DNA from: an uncultured bacterium
Lineage (GTDB): Bacteria; JAGOEH01
Length of the DNA: 64,000 nucleotides
Assembly (NCBI GenBank): GCA_964632485.1
Contig: CAZWDO010000002.1
Location: forward strand, 62,001-126,000
Direction of reading: 5' to 3'
The notes beneath the pieces are model-generated. The model ran no database searches, was not told the DNA's origin, and saw nothing but the letters and a program-made list of their open reading frames with translations. Each line of letters starts with the position of its first letter. Position 1 is the first letter of the stretch. Of the stretch, positions 18,953 through 27,990 are shown piece by piece. A program made the translations under genes and the position numbers.

Positions 18953-21799
18953 ATGAAACGTTACCTTGCCTTGTTGGTGATTATGTTATTAAGTATCGGC
19001 CTGTTGATGGCCGATGAGGCTAAAATTGGTGTCATATTCGGTAAAATTGTAGACCAGGACACCGGAGAGCCATTAATTGGGGTCAATATACTGATTGACG
19101 GCACAATAATGGGCGCTGCCACTGATATCGAGGGCGCGTATCGGATTGAACGTGTTCCCGCTGGAATTTACAGTCTGAAGATTACGTGTATCGGTTATCA
19201 AACGATGAAGCTGCAGTCATTTGAACTGAAGAGTGGTGAAGTGAAGAAGTTTGATATTGCGATGCAGGAACAGTCGATTCAGGCCGATGAGGTAGTGGTG
19301 GAAGCCAAAGCGGTGACCAATACCGAGGCTAGCCTACTAAAAAACCGGCAGAAATCGACTTCTATCAGCGACGCCATCAGTTCCGAGGCAATTTCACGGC
19401 GCGGCAGCGGCAATGCGGCGGATGCCATGACCCAGGTCACCGGCGCGTCGGTCGTAGGCGGAAAATATATCGTCATCCGCGGTTTGGGCGAACGCTATAC
19501 CAGCACTCATCTCAACGGTATCGAACTTCCCAGCACCGATCCCGATAAAAAAACGGTTCACATGGACCTGTTTCCGGGCAATATGCTGGAAAACATTGTT
19601 ACTAAAAAGACCTTTACACCGGATCAACCGGGAAATTTCTCTGGCGGTATTGTCGATATCGGAACTAAAACCCAACCGGAAAAATTTTCCATGAAATTTT
19701 CCTCATCCATGTCCTATAATTCACAGGCGAATTTTAACAACCAGTTTCTCACCTATCAGGGTGGAAATTCCGATTGGCTGGGTGTTGATGACGGTATTCG
19801 CGATTTGCCGGAAATTATCAAAAATAATGACAATCCGTTTCCCACCCCAGTGGAATCCCGTTTCGATAAACAGAAAGCGTCAACCCTGGATCAATATTCA
19901 AAAGCTTTCAACAGCATTATGACGCCCAACCGGACAACATCACCCATCAATCAAAGTTATATGTTTTCGATCGGCAATCAGATTGCTCTTTTCAATCGGC
20001 CGCTTGGGTTTCTTTTCAGTCTGAGTTATAAACGGAATCTGAGTTTTTATGACAATGGTAAAATTCAACGTTGGCAATTGAACGGAACCACCGAGCAGGC
20101 AAATGCCCTGGATTACGAGATGAAGTTAAACGATCATAAAAGCAGTGATGAAGCGCTGGTAGGCAATCTGATGACCGCTTCCTACAAGCTGAGCTCGAAC
20201 CATATTTTCAGCGCTAATTGGTTTTATACTCATAGCGGTGAGAAAACTACTCGCTTTCAAAGCGGCGAATGGCCCGATCAATTGGATTTGAATTCGGTTT
20301 ATGAAACCCGTTCTCTGCTCTTTATTGAGCGTTCCATCCAATCCTTGCAAATGAATGGCCAGCATTTGTTTCTTGATCGGTTGCAGGCGCATTGGAATTT
20401 GACCCGTTCCACCACCGCCCAGGATGATCCCGATTTACGGTTTTTTAGTAATGATTATTCCCTTGATATGGAAAACGGGGATACCACCTGGTCGATCAGC
20501 AAGAACCTCTATAATTATCCCACCCGTTTTTACAGAAGCCTCGAAGAAAACAATACCCATGGCAATCTTAAGTTTTCTCTGCCGGTAAATAACTATGTTC
20601 TGCGCAATGGGAAGATCAGTTTGGGGATGTCGTATGGCTCCATTGACCGCGCGTTTACTGAAAAACGCTATGAAGTTCGTCAGCAGGAAATTCGTTATAT
20701 GGGGAACGACAGCCTGTTTTTCGATCCTTCAAGTTTTGGCATTATCGACAGCGCCAATAATCGCTATCGCTTCGGCAACTATATTTCGGACTGTAGTGAT
20801 TATCGCAATAATTATTCCGGCGACCAGGCAATCCATGCCGGCTTTTTTATGGTCGAATCATATATCAGCTCCCATTTGCGATTCATTACCGGCGTTCGCT
20901 ATGAAACTACCGATTTAACAGTAACCAGTCAGGACACGACAGCGCTTGAAGGCGCAATTTCAACCCGCGATTGGCTGCCGTCTCTAAATTTTGTTTATGA
21001 ACTACCCTGGCGAATGAATCTGCGCCTTTCCTACGGGCGCACTCTTGCCCGTCCAAATTTCCGGGAGATGGCTCCCTTCCGATCTTTCGAATTTATCGGC
21101 GATTATATATTCGAGGGCAATCCTCATCTGAAGCGCACTTTGATCGACAACTATGATTTCCGTTGGGAATGGTTCATAAACCCCGGTGAAATTTTGGCTG
21201 TCAGTACTTTTTACAAACAGTTCCGGAATCCGATTGAGCGCACGATTGAAATCGAAACCAACCAGATTACCTATCAGAACGTGCCCGAAGGCCGGGTCTG
21301 GGGCGCCGAATTTGAAGCGCGCCGTCAATTGGGTTCTTTATGGTCCGCTTTGAATTATTTCGCAGTAAGTTCCAATCTATCCTTGATTCATTCCCAAATT
21401 AATATTCCTGCGGATGAATACCAATTGATTCTTAAATCAGATGTTCATGCCAAAGACACGCGTCCCCTTTTCGGCCAGTCCCCGTACCTGTTCAATATCG
21501 AACTGGCATACGACAATCCCAATTTGGATCTGGTGGCCAATCTCTATTTGAATTTATTCGGTTCCCGCTTGTCGGAAGTTACTATGGGCGCTACCCCGGA
21601 TGTGTTTGAACAGCCGCAGGGCAAGTTGGATTTTTCGATATCGAAGACGTTGCTTAATAATATTCAGTTTAGATTTGGCGCCAATAATATTTTGGATGCT
21701 AAATCCGAAAAAACAATCAAATACAAGGGGAAGAGTTATCTTTTTGAACAGTATGCCAGGGGCCGCAGCTTTTCATTCGGAATTTCGTACGCTCTGTAA
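18953..21799 (+). CDS. TonB-dependent receptor with N-terminal carboxypeptidase-regulatory-like domain
   Basis: Signal peptide; GKIVDQDTGEPLIGVNI; plug region IRGLGERY and KKTFTPD; RPNFRE; GANNILD; C-terminal beta-strand ...FGISYAL. Confidence 0.93.
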   Translation: MKRYLALLVIMLLSIGLLMADEAKIGVIFGKIVDQDTGEPLIGVNILIDGTIMGAATDIEGAYRIERVPAGIYSLKITCIGYQTMKLQSFELKSGEVKKFDIAMQEQSIQADEVVVEAKAVTNTEASLLKNRQKSTSISDAISSEAISRRGSGNAADAMTQVTGASVVGGKYIVIRGLGERYTSTHLNGIELPSTDPDKKTVHMDLFPGNMLENIVTKKTFTPDQPGNFSGGIVDIGTKTQPEKFSMKFSSSMSYNSQANFNNQFLTYQGGNSDWLGVDDGIRDLPEIIKNNDNPFPTPVESRFDKQKASTLDQYSKAFNSIMTPNRTTSPINQSYMFSIGNQIALFNRPLGFLFSLSYKRNLSFYDNGKIQRWQLNGTTEQANALDYEMKLNDHKSSDEALVGNLMTASYKLSSNHIFSANWFYTHSGEKTTRFQSGEWPDQLDLNSVYETRSLLFIERSIQSLQMNGQHLFLDRLQAHWNLTRSTTAQDDPDLRFFSNDYSLDMENGDTTWSISKNLYNYPTRFYRSLEENNTHGNLKFSLPVNNYVLRNGKISLGMSYGSIDRAFTEKRYEVRQQEIRYMGNDSLFFDPSSFGIIDSANNRYRFGNYISDCSDYRNNYSGDQAIHAGFFMVESYISSHLRFITGVRYETTDLTVTSQDTTALEGAISTRDWLPSLNFVYELPWRMNLRLSYGRTLARPNFREMAPFRSFEFIGDYIFEGNPHLKRTLIDNYDFRWEWFINPGEILAVSTFYKQFRNPIERTIEIETNQITYQNVPEGRVWGAEFEARRQLGSLWSALNYFAVSSNLSLIHSQINIPADEYQLILKSDVHAKDTRPLFGQSPYLFNIELAYDNPNLDLVANLYLNLFGSRLSEVTMGATPDVFEQPQGKLDFSISKTLLNNIQFRFGANNILDAKSEKTIKYKGKSYLFEQYARGRSFSFGISYAL

Positions 21800-21883
21800 T
21801 AATACGCTGGGTAGGTCGCAAACCATTCCGCTCAGCGTTTATAGAGTCGAAATGCGCAATAATCAAAAACCAAGGAGAAACGT

Positions 21884-23554
21884 ATGAAACATTTCTGTAA
21901 GTTCTTGACGGCTTTGCTGTTGCTTTCCACGATCGCCATGGCGGCGACCACGGATCTGAACAAGCCGCGCAAAGTGGTAACGGACGCGAGTATCAACGCG
22001 GGCGAGAGCGTATTCTGGAGCAAGGATACGGTGTATGTGATGGATGGGTATGTCTATGTGGAAGAGGGCGCCGTATTGACGATCGAATCGGGCGCGGTGA
22101 TCAAGGGATTAGAGACACCGACGAACGGCAAGAGCGTGTTAGTGATATCGCGCGGCGCGAAGTTATACGCGCAGGGTACGGCGGTGGAGCCGATTATTTT
22201 TACGACAGAGCATGACAGCGTGGCGTTGATGGATACCCCGGAAGCGGGCGATCGCGTGGATTATCGCACGGATCGCAGCTTGTGGGGCGGTGTGGTGTTG
22301 TTGGGCCGCGCGCAGTTGAACGTTTCGACGGAGAAGGTGGTGGAAGGGTTGCCGGACGATCCGCGGGCCTATTACGGCGGCAACGACGATGCCGACAATT
22401 CGGGCGTTTTGCGTTACGTATCGATCCGCTATACGGGCATTACGGTGGAAGCGAATAAGGAATTGCAGGGATTGACCTGCGGTTGTGTGGGCTCTGGCAC
22501 GGTGATCGAGTATGTGGAATCGTTTATGAGCGGCGACGACGGTTTTGAATTTTTCGGGGGGACCTTCAATTCGAAGTATCTGGCGGCGGTATTCGCCGAT
22601 GACGATGCGTTTGACTATGACCAGGGCTATCGCGGCAAGGGCCAGTTCTGGTTCGCGCTTCAGGCTCCGGACAAAGGCGACAAGCTGGGCGAATACGACA
22701 GCGGTGATGAAGGAGCTTACACGGCGACGCCGCTGGCGCAGCCGATGCTTTATAATGTGACGTATATCGGCGGCGGCGCGAGTTCGACCGAGGGCGAAGG
22801 CATCAAATATAAAGAATACGGCGGCGGCGAGCACTACAATAGCATATTCACCGAGATGCGCAAGGAATGCGTGGTAGTGGATTCAGGAGCCGGGGAAACG
22901 AGTTACAATCGTTTGGGCACGGGCATTAAGCTGGAGAACAATTTGTGGTTCAAGAGCGCGGGCGTGGGATTTGACAATGCGACGTTCCTGCCGCAGGCCT
23001 TTATGAAAACCTATCTGGAATCGAACAGCAACTGGGCGGAAGACCCGATGCTGCGCGCGGTCGGCCGTTTGGAAGCGAACAGCCTGGACCCTCGTCCGGC
23101 AGTGAACAGTCCGGCGATGACGCGCGCGTTGAAAAGCTATCCCAGCGACGGCTTTTTCACGGCGGTGAACTATATGGGCGCCTTCGGCCAGGAAAACTGG
23201 CTCTCCGGCTGGACCGCCCTCTCCCATAACGGCGTGGCGACCACCAATGCCCAGCCCAGCGCCATCGACGACCTGCCGACGCGCTGGAATGGCAAGACCT
23301 CCCTCTCCGCCAATTATCCCAATCCGTTCAATCCTACGACCCGCATCCAGTTCAGTCTGAACCAGGCCGGCCGTGTGGAGCTGAATGTCTATAACATGAT
23401 GGGACAGAAAGTGAAAACTTTGGTGAACGCAACCAAGTCCGCCGGTACCTATACGGTGGAATTCGACGGCGCCGGTTTGCCTTCGGGTGTCTATTTCTAT
23501 CAGTTGACCACCCCGGAAACCAGCCTCAATAACAAGATGATGTTGCTCAAATAA
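21884..23554 (+). CDS. Secreted beta-helix-like protein with Por/T9SS type-A C-terminal sorting domain
   Basis: Signal peptide; LTIESG, GTAVEPIIFT, WGGVVLLG, DNSGVLRYVSIRY, DDGFEFFGG and DDAFDYDQGY motifs; C-terminal NYPNPFNP...LPSGVYFYQL...KMMLLK. Confidence 0.85.
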   Translation: MKHFCKFLTALLLLSTIAMAATTDLNKPRKVVTDASINAGESVFWSKDTVYVMDGYVYVEEGAVLTIESGAVIKGLETPTNGKSVLVISRGAKLYAQGTAVEPIIFTTEHDSVALMDTPEAGDRVDYRTDRSLWGGVVLLGRAQLNVSTEKVVEGLPDDPRAYYGGNDDADNSGVLRYVSIRYTGITVEANKELQGLTCGCVGSGTVIEYVESFMSGDDGFEFFGGTFNSKYLAAVFADDDAFDYDQGYRGKGQFWFALQAPDKGDKLGEYDSGDEGAYTATPLAQPMLYNVTYIGGGASSTEGEGIKYKEYGGGEHYNSIFTEMRKECVVVDSGAGETSYNRLGTGIKLENNLWFKSAGVGFDNATFLPQAFMKTYLESNSNWAEDPMLRAVGRLEANSLDPRPAVNSPAMTRALKSYPSDGFFTAVNYMGAFGQENWLSGWTALSHNGVATTNAQPSAIDDLPTRWNGKTSLSANYPNPFNPTTRIQFSLNQAGRVELNVYNMMGQKVKTLVNATKSAGTYTVEFDGAGLPSGVYFYQLTTPETSLNNKMMLLK

Positions 23555-23584
23555 GCAACGAATCGTTTCATTCCCTTCTTTCTC

Positions 23585-23618
23585 AGGGCGCGGCCATCGT
23601 GGTCGCGCCCTTTTTTTT
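23585..23618 (+). terminator. Rho-independent terminator
   Basis: AGGGCGCGGCCA-TCG-TGGTCGCGCCCT hairpin followed by a T run. Confidence 0.9.
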
Positions 23619-23875
23619 AATCACAGACGGCGCCGTTCTGTTCGGCAACAATATGAAAGATAATATCTTGATTCACTGTTAAAGCCCGAATGAATCAAAA
23701 AAAACTTGTTTTTTTAACAAAAAATGATTATATTTTTATATAATATAGTATTGCGCGAAGTATTAAATGGGTGGATAGTGAAGTGCAAAGTTTGCAGAGA
23801 ATATTTGAGAAGAATGGGATTTATAAATCCAGGCATATTATAATATCTTAAGGAACTCAAGATTGAACGATTTGA

Positions 23876-24025
23876 ATGAAATCAAGATCAAGGAGGAAGA
23901 ATGTCGATGGCAATATCATTCGTATTTGTACGATTGCCGATATTCTGGATGACGGGTTCTATCTGGAGTCAAATACAAAATGGGAGCGGTATTTCCCCGC
24001 CATGGAGCTGGAAGTCTGGCGCTGA
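23876..24025 (+). CDS. Possible small protein (49 aa)
   Basis: MKSRSRRKNVDGNIIRICTIADILDDGFYLESNTKWERYFPAMELEVWR, translated by hand. An upstream promoter-like TTGTTT-17-TATATT lies at 23706-23734. No family recognised. Confidence 0.3.
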   Translation: MKSRSRRKNVDGNIIRICTIADILDDGFYLESNTKWERYFPAMELEVWR

Positions 24026-24035
24026 GGCGTGCAAT

Positions 24036-25805
24036 TCAGGAAGATAATTGAATTTTTTCAACCATAAGTTCATGAGACTTCAGATAGCGTTTGATGCGGT
24101 TGGGCTTGAACTTGTAAGTATCCAGCAGAATCAAGCCGTCCACCGCGCCGGAAAAATCGGGATCAATGTTGAATCCCAAAAACGCGATTCCGTCGGGGGC
24201 GCATAGGTCGCAGTATTTACGGAAAAGTACCGGAATACTGTAGCCATAGATTTTAAGATGTTCTTTTAATTGACGAAGATCGCTATCCACGGTTTGGCTG
24301 GAAACGCTTTTTATTTCGTTGGAATTCGATGTTTTCCCTGGAATATAGGGATTTCGTGGAGATACGCATTGAATAGGGGAGGGATACCAATGCGTATAAT
24401 AATTGACAATTAGGTCCTTAATCGGATCAGGATAAGTATTGCTGATGGTAACGGCCCCGATCAGATAGCGAATACCTTCTTTGGCATTCAGATAGGCTCC
24501 GATGCCTTGCCAGAGATAATCCAACGCGTTGTGACGCCAATATTTTTCCTGAATGAAAGAGCGCCCCAGTTCGATTGATTGCTCCAGTATCGATTTGCTC
24601 GCGTTTTGGTATCCAAACAGTGAATGCGTATAAAGACCCTGGAAATCCCGAAGAGGAAGGATATCGCGAATCGTCAGTAAACGATAAGCGCCGACGACTT
24701 CCAATTCCTTATCATCCCAAAGGATGAGATGATCATAATATCGGTCATACTCATCGTGATCCAGTCGTTTCCCCGTGCCTTCGCCGACTTTACGAAATGT
24801 GATCTCACGCAGGCGCGCAATTTCCAATAATAGATTGGGCGCTTGATCGCCATTGAGCAAGTGAAGTCGAAAGCGCTCCCCGAAATCGAGCAGCAGGTTT
24901 TCTTCATGCAATTCGTGTTTGAGCGTTCGTCGGGAAACAGGAGCTATGATCGTTTTTTCCGTATGGAAAATAGTTCGATTTCGATTTTCCTGAAACGATC
25001 CCAACCGATAGACGTGTTTACGTAAAAGTTTAATTTCCTTTTCCGGTTTTAAGCTGGAATTTTTAAAATGGGCGCCGGCGATGGGATCGCCGATAAAAAG
25101 TTCTATTTTTTTATGACGTTTTAAAAATAGTTCATTGGGCAGCAGCAGCATGGAAAATGATTTGTTCAGCCAGGACAGGAAGTAGAATAAAGCGGAATTG
25201 CGACTTTTCACGCGAATCGGCAGAATTGGGGCGCTGTATTTCTTCGCGTAAGTCAGTGTACCCTTCATCCATTTTTTATCTTTAAGGCCGTTGAGGCCCA
25301 ATCGGGATACTTCGGCGGCGGGAAAGAAAATCACGACGCCTTCATTTTTCAATACGAACTCGATTTGCTGGTGGCTTTGCCGCCGCGAGGCGTGGGAAAA
25401 CACATCTACGGGAATGAATAGATTTCTCAGGGGTCCAAGATGCATTAGAACATCGTTGACGACAATTTTGACGTCGGAGCGAACGGAGCCGATCAACAAC
25501 AGGACGGACAAGGCATCCAGCGCCCCCAGCGGGTGATTGGCCACGCATATCAGCCGCCCTTCGGCTGGAATCCGCTGTCGTTCCTTTTCAGACGTGACAA
25601 AGGTAAAATCCAGATAATCGAAAACTTCTCGGATCAATTCGAAATCCTTGACGGATGGATGGCGCTGGAGAAATGTATCTATTTCGTTTATATGCAATAA
25701 ATGACGCAAAAATCCGTTGATTAAACTCTGCGCCCAGGAAGGGTATTTTTTCAGAAATTCCGGCGCGTATTGCTCTAAAATCAGGTTTAGATTAATTGAG
25801 TTCAT
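24036..25805 (-). CDS. olsF: Bifunctional acyltransferase (PlsC-like plus GNAT), OlsF-like aminolipid/ornithine lipid synthase
   Basis: N-terminal NHPLGALD (HX4D) and FPAAEVSR; C-terminal EIARLREITFRKVGEGTG, VGAYR, ELGRSFI and DPDFSGAVDGLI (OlsB-like GNAT). Confidence 0.8.
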   Translation of the reverse strand: MNSINLNLILEQYAPEFLKKYPSWAQSLINGFLRHLLHINEIDTFLQRHPSVKDFELIREVFDYLDFTFVTSEKERQRIPAEGRLICVANHPLGALDALSVLLLIGSVRSDVKIVVNDVLMHLGPLRNLFIPVDVFSHASRRQSHQQIEFVLKNEGVVIFFPAAEVSRLGLNGLKDKKWMKGTLTYAKKYSAPILPIRVKSRNSALFYFLSWLNKSFSMLLLPNELFLKRHKKIELFIGDPIAGAHFKNSSLKPEKEIKLLRKHVYRLGSFQENRNRTIFHTEKTIIAPVSRRTLKHELHEENLLLDFGERFRLHLLNGDQAPNLLLEIARLREITFRKVGEGTGKRLDHDEYDRYYDHLILWDDKELEVVGAYRLLTIRDILPLRDFQGLYTHSLFGYQNASKSILEQSIELGRSFIQEKYWRHNALDYLWQGIGAYLNAKEGIRYLIGAVTISNTYPDPIKDLIVNYYTHWYPSPIQCVSPRNPYIPGKTSNSNEIKSVSSQTVDSDLRQLKEHLKIYGYSIPVLFRKYCDLCAPDGIAFLGFNIDPDFSGAVDGLILLDTYKFKPNRIKRYLKSHELMVEKIQLSS

Positions 25806-26887
25806 ACTATCTCCCTTTCCAGAATTGATGTTGAAAATCCGTTAAGCAACGCAATCAGCGCCAAATCGAGCAATAATACCAAATAAAATGTGATGAACCG
25901 CCATCCAATCATCAACACTCCGATAATTTCCAGCGGAATCAGGGATTGATAGATAAAATAAAAAGCGGCTTCGGCGCCTCCGCTGCCGCCGGGTAGGGGG
26001 AATACGCACATGAACATATAGACGATCCATTGCAATACGAAAAATTCCAGAAATGAAATTTGCAATCCGAGGGACCAGGCAATCACGGCGATAATGGAAA
26101 ACCGACAAATCCATTGCATGATCGATAACGAAAACGCCAGGGCGAAACAGACTCCGCCCGTTTGCTGAATCTGCGCCAGAGCACGTTTTATTTCTCCGAT
26201 ATGTTCTTGGATTGCCGGTTTGATTTTAATAAAAAAATCCGCAAGTTTTCGATAGATAACGGTTTTTTTGATAATCGCAATTTTTGTTATCAGCCATCCA
26301 GTAAGCATAATGATTGATACGATCCATACCGTTTGCGATAAATGGATCGATTTAATAATGTGATTGATAAAGGGGTATTGATGTTGGGAAATGACAAAAA
26401 TTACCATGGGGATATTCAAAATTAGAAACAAAGCATCCTCAATCGATCCGAAGGAAGTGATACATACGGCTTTTCCCAGCGATATCCCCTCGCTCATCAA
26501 TAGGCTGATTTTGACTGGAGCGCCGCCCAAAGCGGTGGGTGTGACTACTGAACTCAGTTCCGAAGCGATCACCATACGAAAAATGCTTTTAAAACTGATG
26601 CGATATCCCAGAAATCGAGTCCATATTCTGCACCTGAAGGAATTGAGAAACCAGGGCAGGGTAGCCAGTATGATAATCGGTACTATCCAAATGGGTGAGA
26701 AGTTGCGGAGTGATGACCAAACCTCGCGATCCGTTGTGAAAAAAGTAATGATCAACATAGTAAATACGCTCAATGATATAATGACAATCAGTGAGCGAAT
26801 AATTTTTTTCATGACTAAACGGTCTATAGCCATTTGGCCCGATAATAACCGGCTGATTTGAACTGATATAACAGCGCTTTCCGGCAT
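25802..26887 (-). CDS. Lysylphosphatidylglycerol-synthase-TM / UPF0104 flippase-like membrane protein
   Basis: Multiple TM segments with VTPTALGGAP, PLPGGSGGAE and WRFITFY motifs. Alternative start at 26812. Confidence 0.85.
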   Translation of the reverse strand: MPESAVISVQISRLLSGQMAIDRLVMKKIIRSLIVIISLSVFTMLIITFFTTDREVWSSLRNFSPIWIVPIIILATLPWFLNSFRCRIWTRFLGYRISFKSIFRMVIASELSSVVTPTALGGAPVKISLLMSEGISLGKAVCITSFGSIEDALFLILNIPMVIFVISQHQYPFINHIIKSIHLSQTVWIVSIIMLTGWLITKIAIIKKTVIYRKLADFFIKIKPAIQEHIGEIKRALAQIQQTGGVCFALAFSLSIMQWICRFSIIAVIAWSLGLQISFLEFFVLQWIVYMFMCVFPLPGGSGGAEAAFYFIYQSLIPLEIIGVLMIGWRFITFYLVLLLDLALIALLNGFSTSILEREIV

Positions 26888-26936
26888 GGGGTTTGTTTCC
26901 TTTCGTTTGGTTTTTGGAAATCTTGAATTTTCTTTG

Positions 26937-26990
26937 AATATACATTTGTTTGATTAAGACAATATTAGGGTATAATTAAATTTCCATTAA
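26937..26990 (-). promoter_or_regulatory. Pho-box-like 11-bp-period repeat array plus -10 element
   Basis: Minus strand: TTAATG (26990), TTAATT (26979), CTAATA (26968), TTAATC (26957); 9 nt; TATATT (26942-26937). Confidence 0.7.
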
Positions 26991-27192
26991 TAATACAAGT
27001 TCGGCTACCCAAAATATTCCAATTTAAAAAGGAAGCTGCAAGGCAAATTTTAAAGGGGAATGCTCACAATTCAAGGCATTTGCCGCTAATTCCGTTAATT
27101 TTCAATTACTATTTTCAGCTCAAAGGGGAAGCTCCCGGTTTCCCGCTTGATATTATGGTTGAGAACAGGTGAGTTACAATCCTTTTGTTGGA

Positions 27193-27246
27193 ATAACTGA
27201 AAATTAACCATAAAGAAATTTAATCTTAACAATCACTTTGTATATT
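27193..27246 (+). promoter_or_regulatory. Pho-box-like 11-bp-period repeat array plus -10 element
   Basis: ATAACT 27193, TTAACC 27204, degenerate GAAATT 27215, TTAACA 27226; 9 nt; TATATT 27241-27246; 6 nt; ATG 27253. Confidence 0.65.
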
Positions 27247-27252
27247 GCAGTC

Positions 27253-27981
27253 ATGGAACTTGACAAATTATTAACAATCGTGCTTCCAGTTAAAAATGAA
27301 GCCCGCAATATTTTAACTTTTTTAAGGTCGGTACCCCCTGATATTCCATTAGTAGTAGTGGACGCAGGCGATGATGAGACATCCTCAATCATCAAAACCA
27401 TACGAACTCGGCGAACCGTTCTTTTGAGGGATCCCGGGAATATTCCCCGGGCGAGGCATTTGGGAGCTCAAATCGCATCAACACCCTGGTTGCTGTTTTG
27501 TGATGCGGATATTGAATTTGCCGATTTTTATTTCCATCGGATTTCCTCTTCATTACTCTATTCGGATATGATTTATGGATCCAAATTAAGCCGCAACCAG
27601 CATCAGTGGTATTATCGTAGTTTTTTGCTGGGTCAAACAATTTTTGACCGGATAGGTATCCCAGCGGCCAGTGGTTCGAATTTACTTGTTCGGCGTGATG
27701 TTTATTTTAAAATTGGTGGTTTTGATGCCGGATTACCAGTCAACGAAGATTCAGAAATTGCCTGGCGCGCGCAACGGATGGGATACCGCGTCCGTTTCGT
27801 TAAGCATTTAGCGGTTTTTTCATTTGATCACCGGCGCTTGAAAATGGGCGCCTGGAATAAACATCGGCATACCTTAGCGCGTTGTTTTTCTCTCTATTTC
27901 AACCGCTTCACGCCTGAAGAACGGTTGGATGACCGGGGATATTGGCCTATATATGAAATATTGGATAACAAATCTAACTGA
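27253..27981 (+). CDS. Glycosyltransferase family 2
   Basis: IVLPVKNE, VVVDAGDDET, LFCDAD (DxD) and GGFD...EDSE motifs. Start placed at ATG 27253. Confidence 0.88.
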   Translation: MELDKLLTIVLPVKNEARNILTFLRSVPPDIPLVVVDAGDDETSSIIKTIRTRRTVLLRDPGNIPRARHLGAQIASTPWLLFCDADIEFADFYFHRISSSLLYSDMIYGSKLSRNQHQWYYRSFLLGQTIFDRIGIPAASGSNLLVRRDVYFKIGGFDAGLPVNEDSEIAWRAQRMGYRVRFVKHLAVFSFDHRRLKMGAWNKHRHTLARCFSLYFNRFTPEERLDDRGYWPIYEILDNKSN

Positions 27982-27990
27982 AAGGATGTT

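Noticed and set aside
22163-23227. Long antisense ORFs (223 and 114 aa)
   Set aside because: Shadows of the GC-rich sense gene, with no recognisable motifs.
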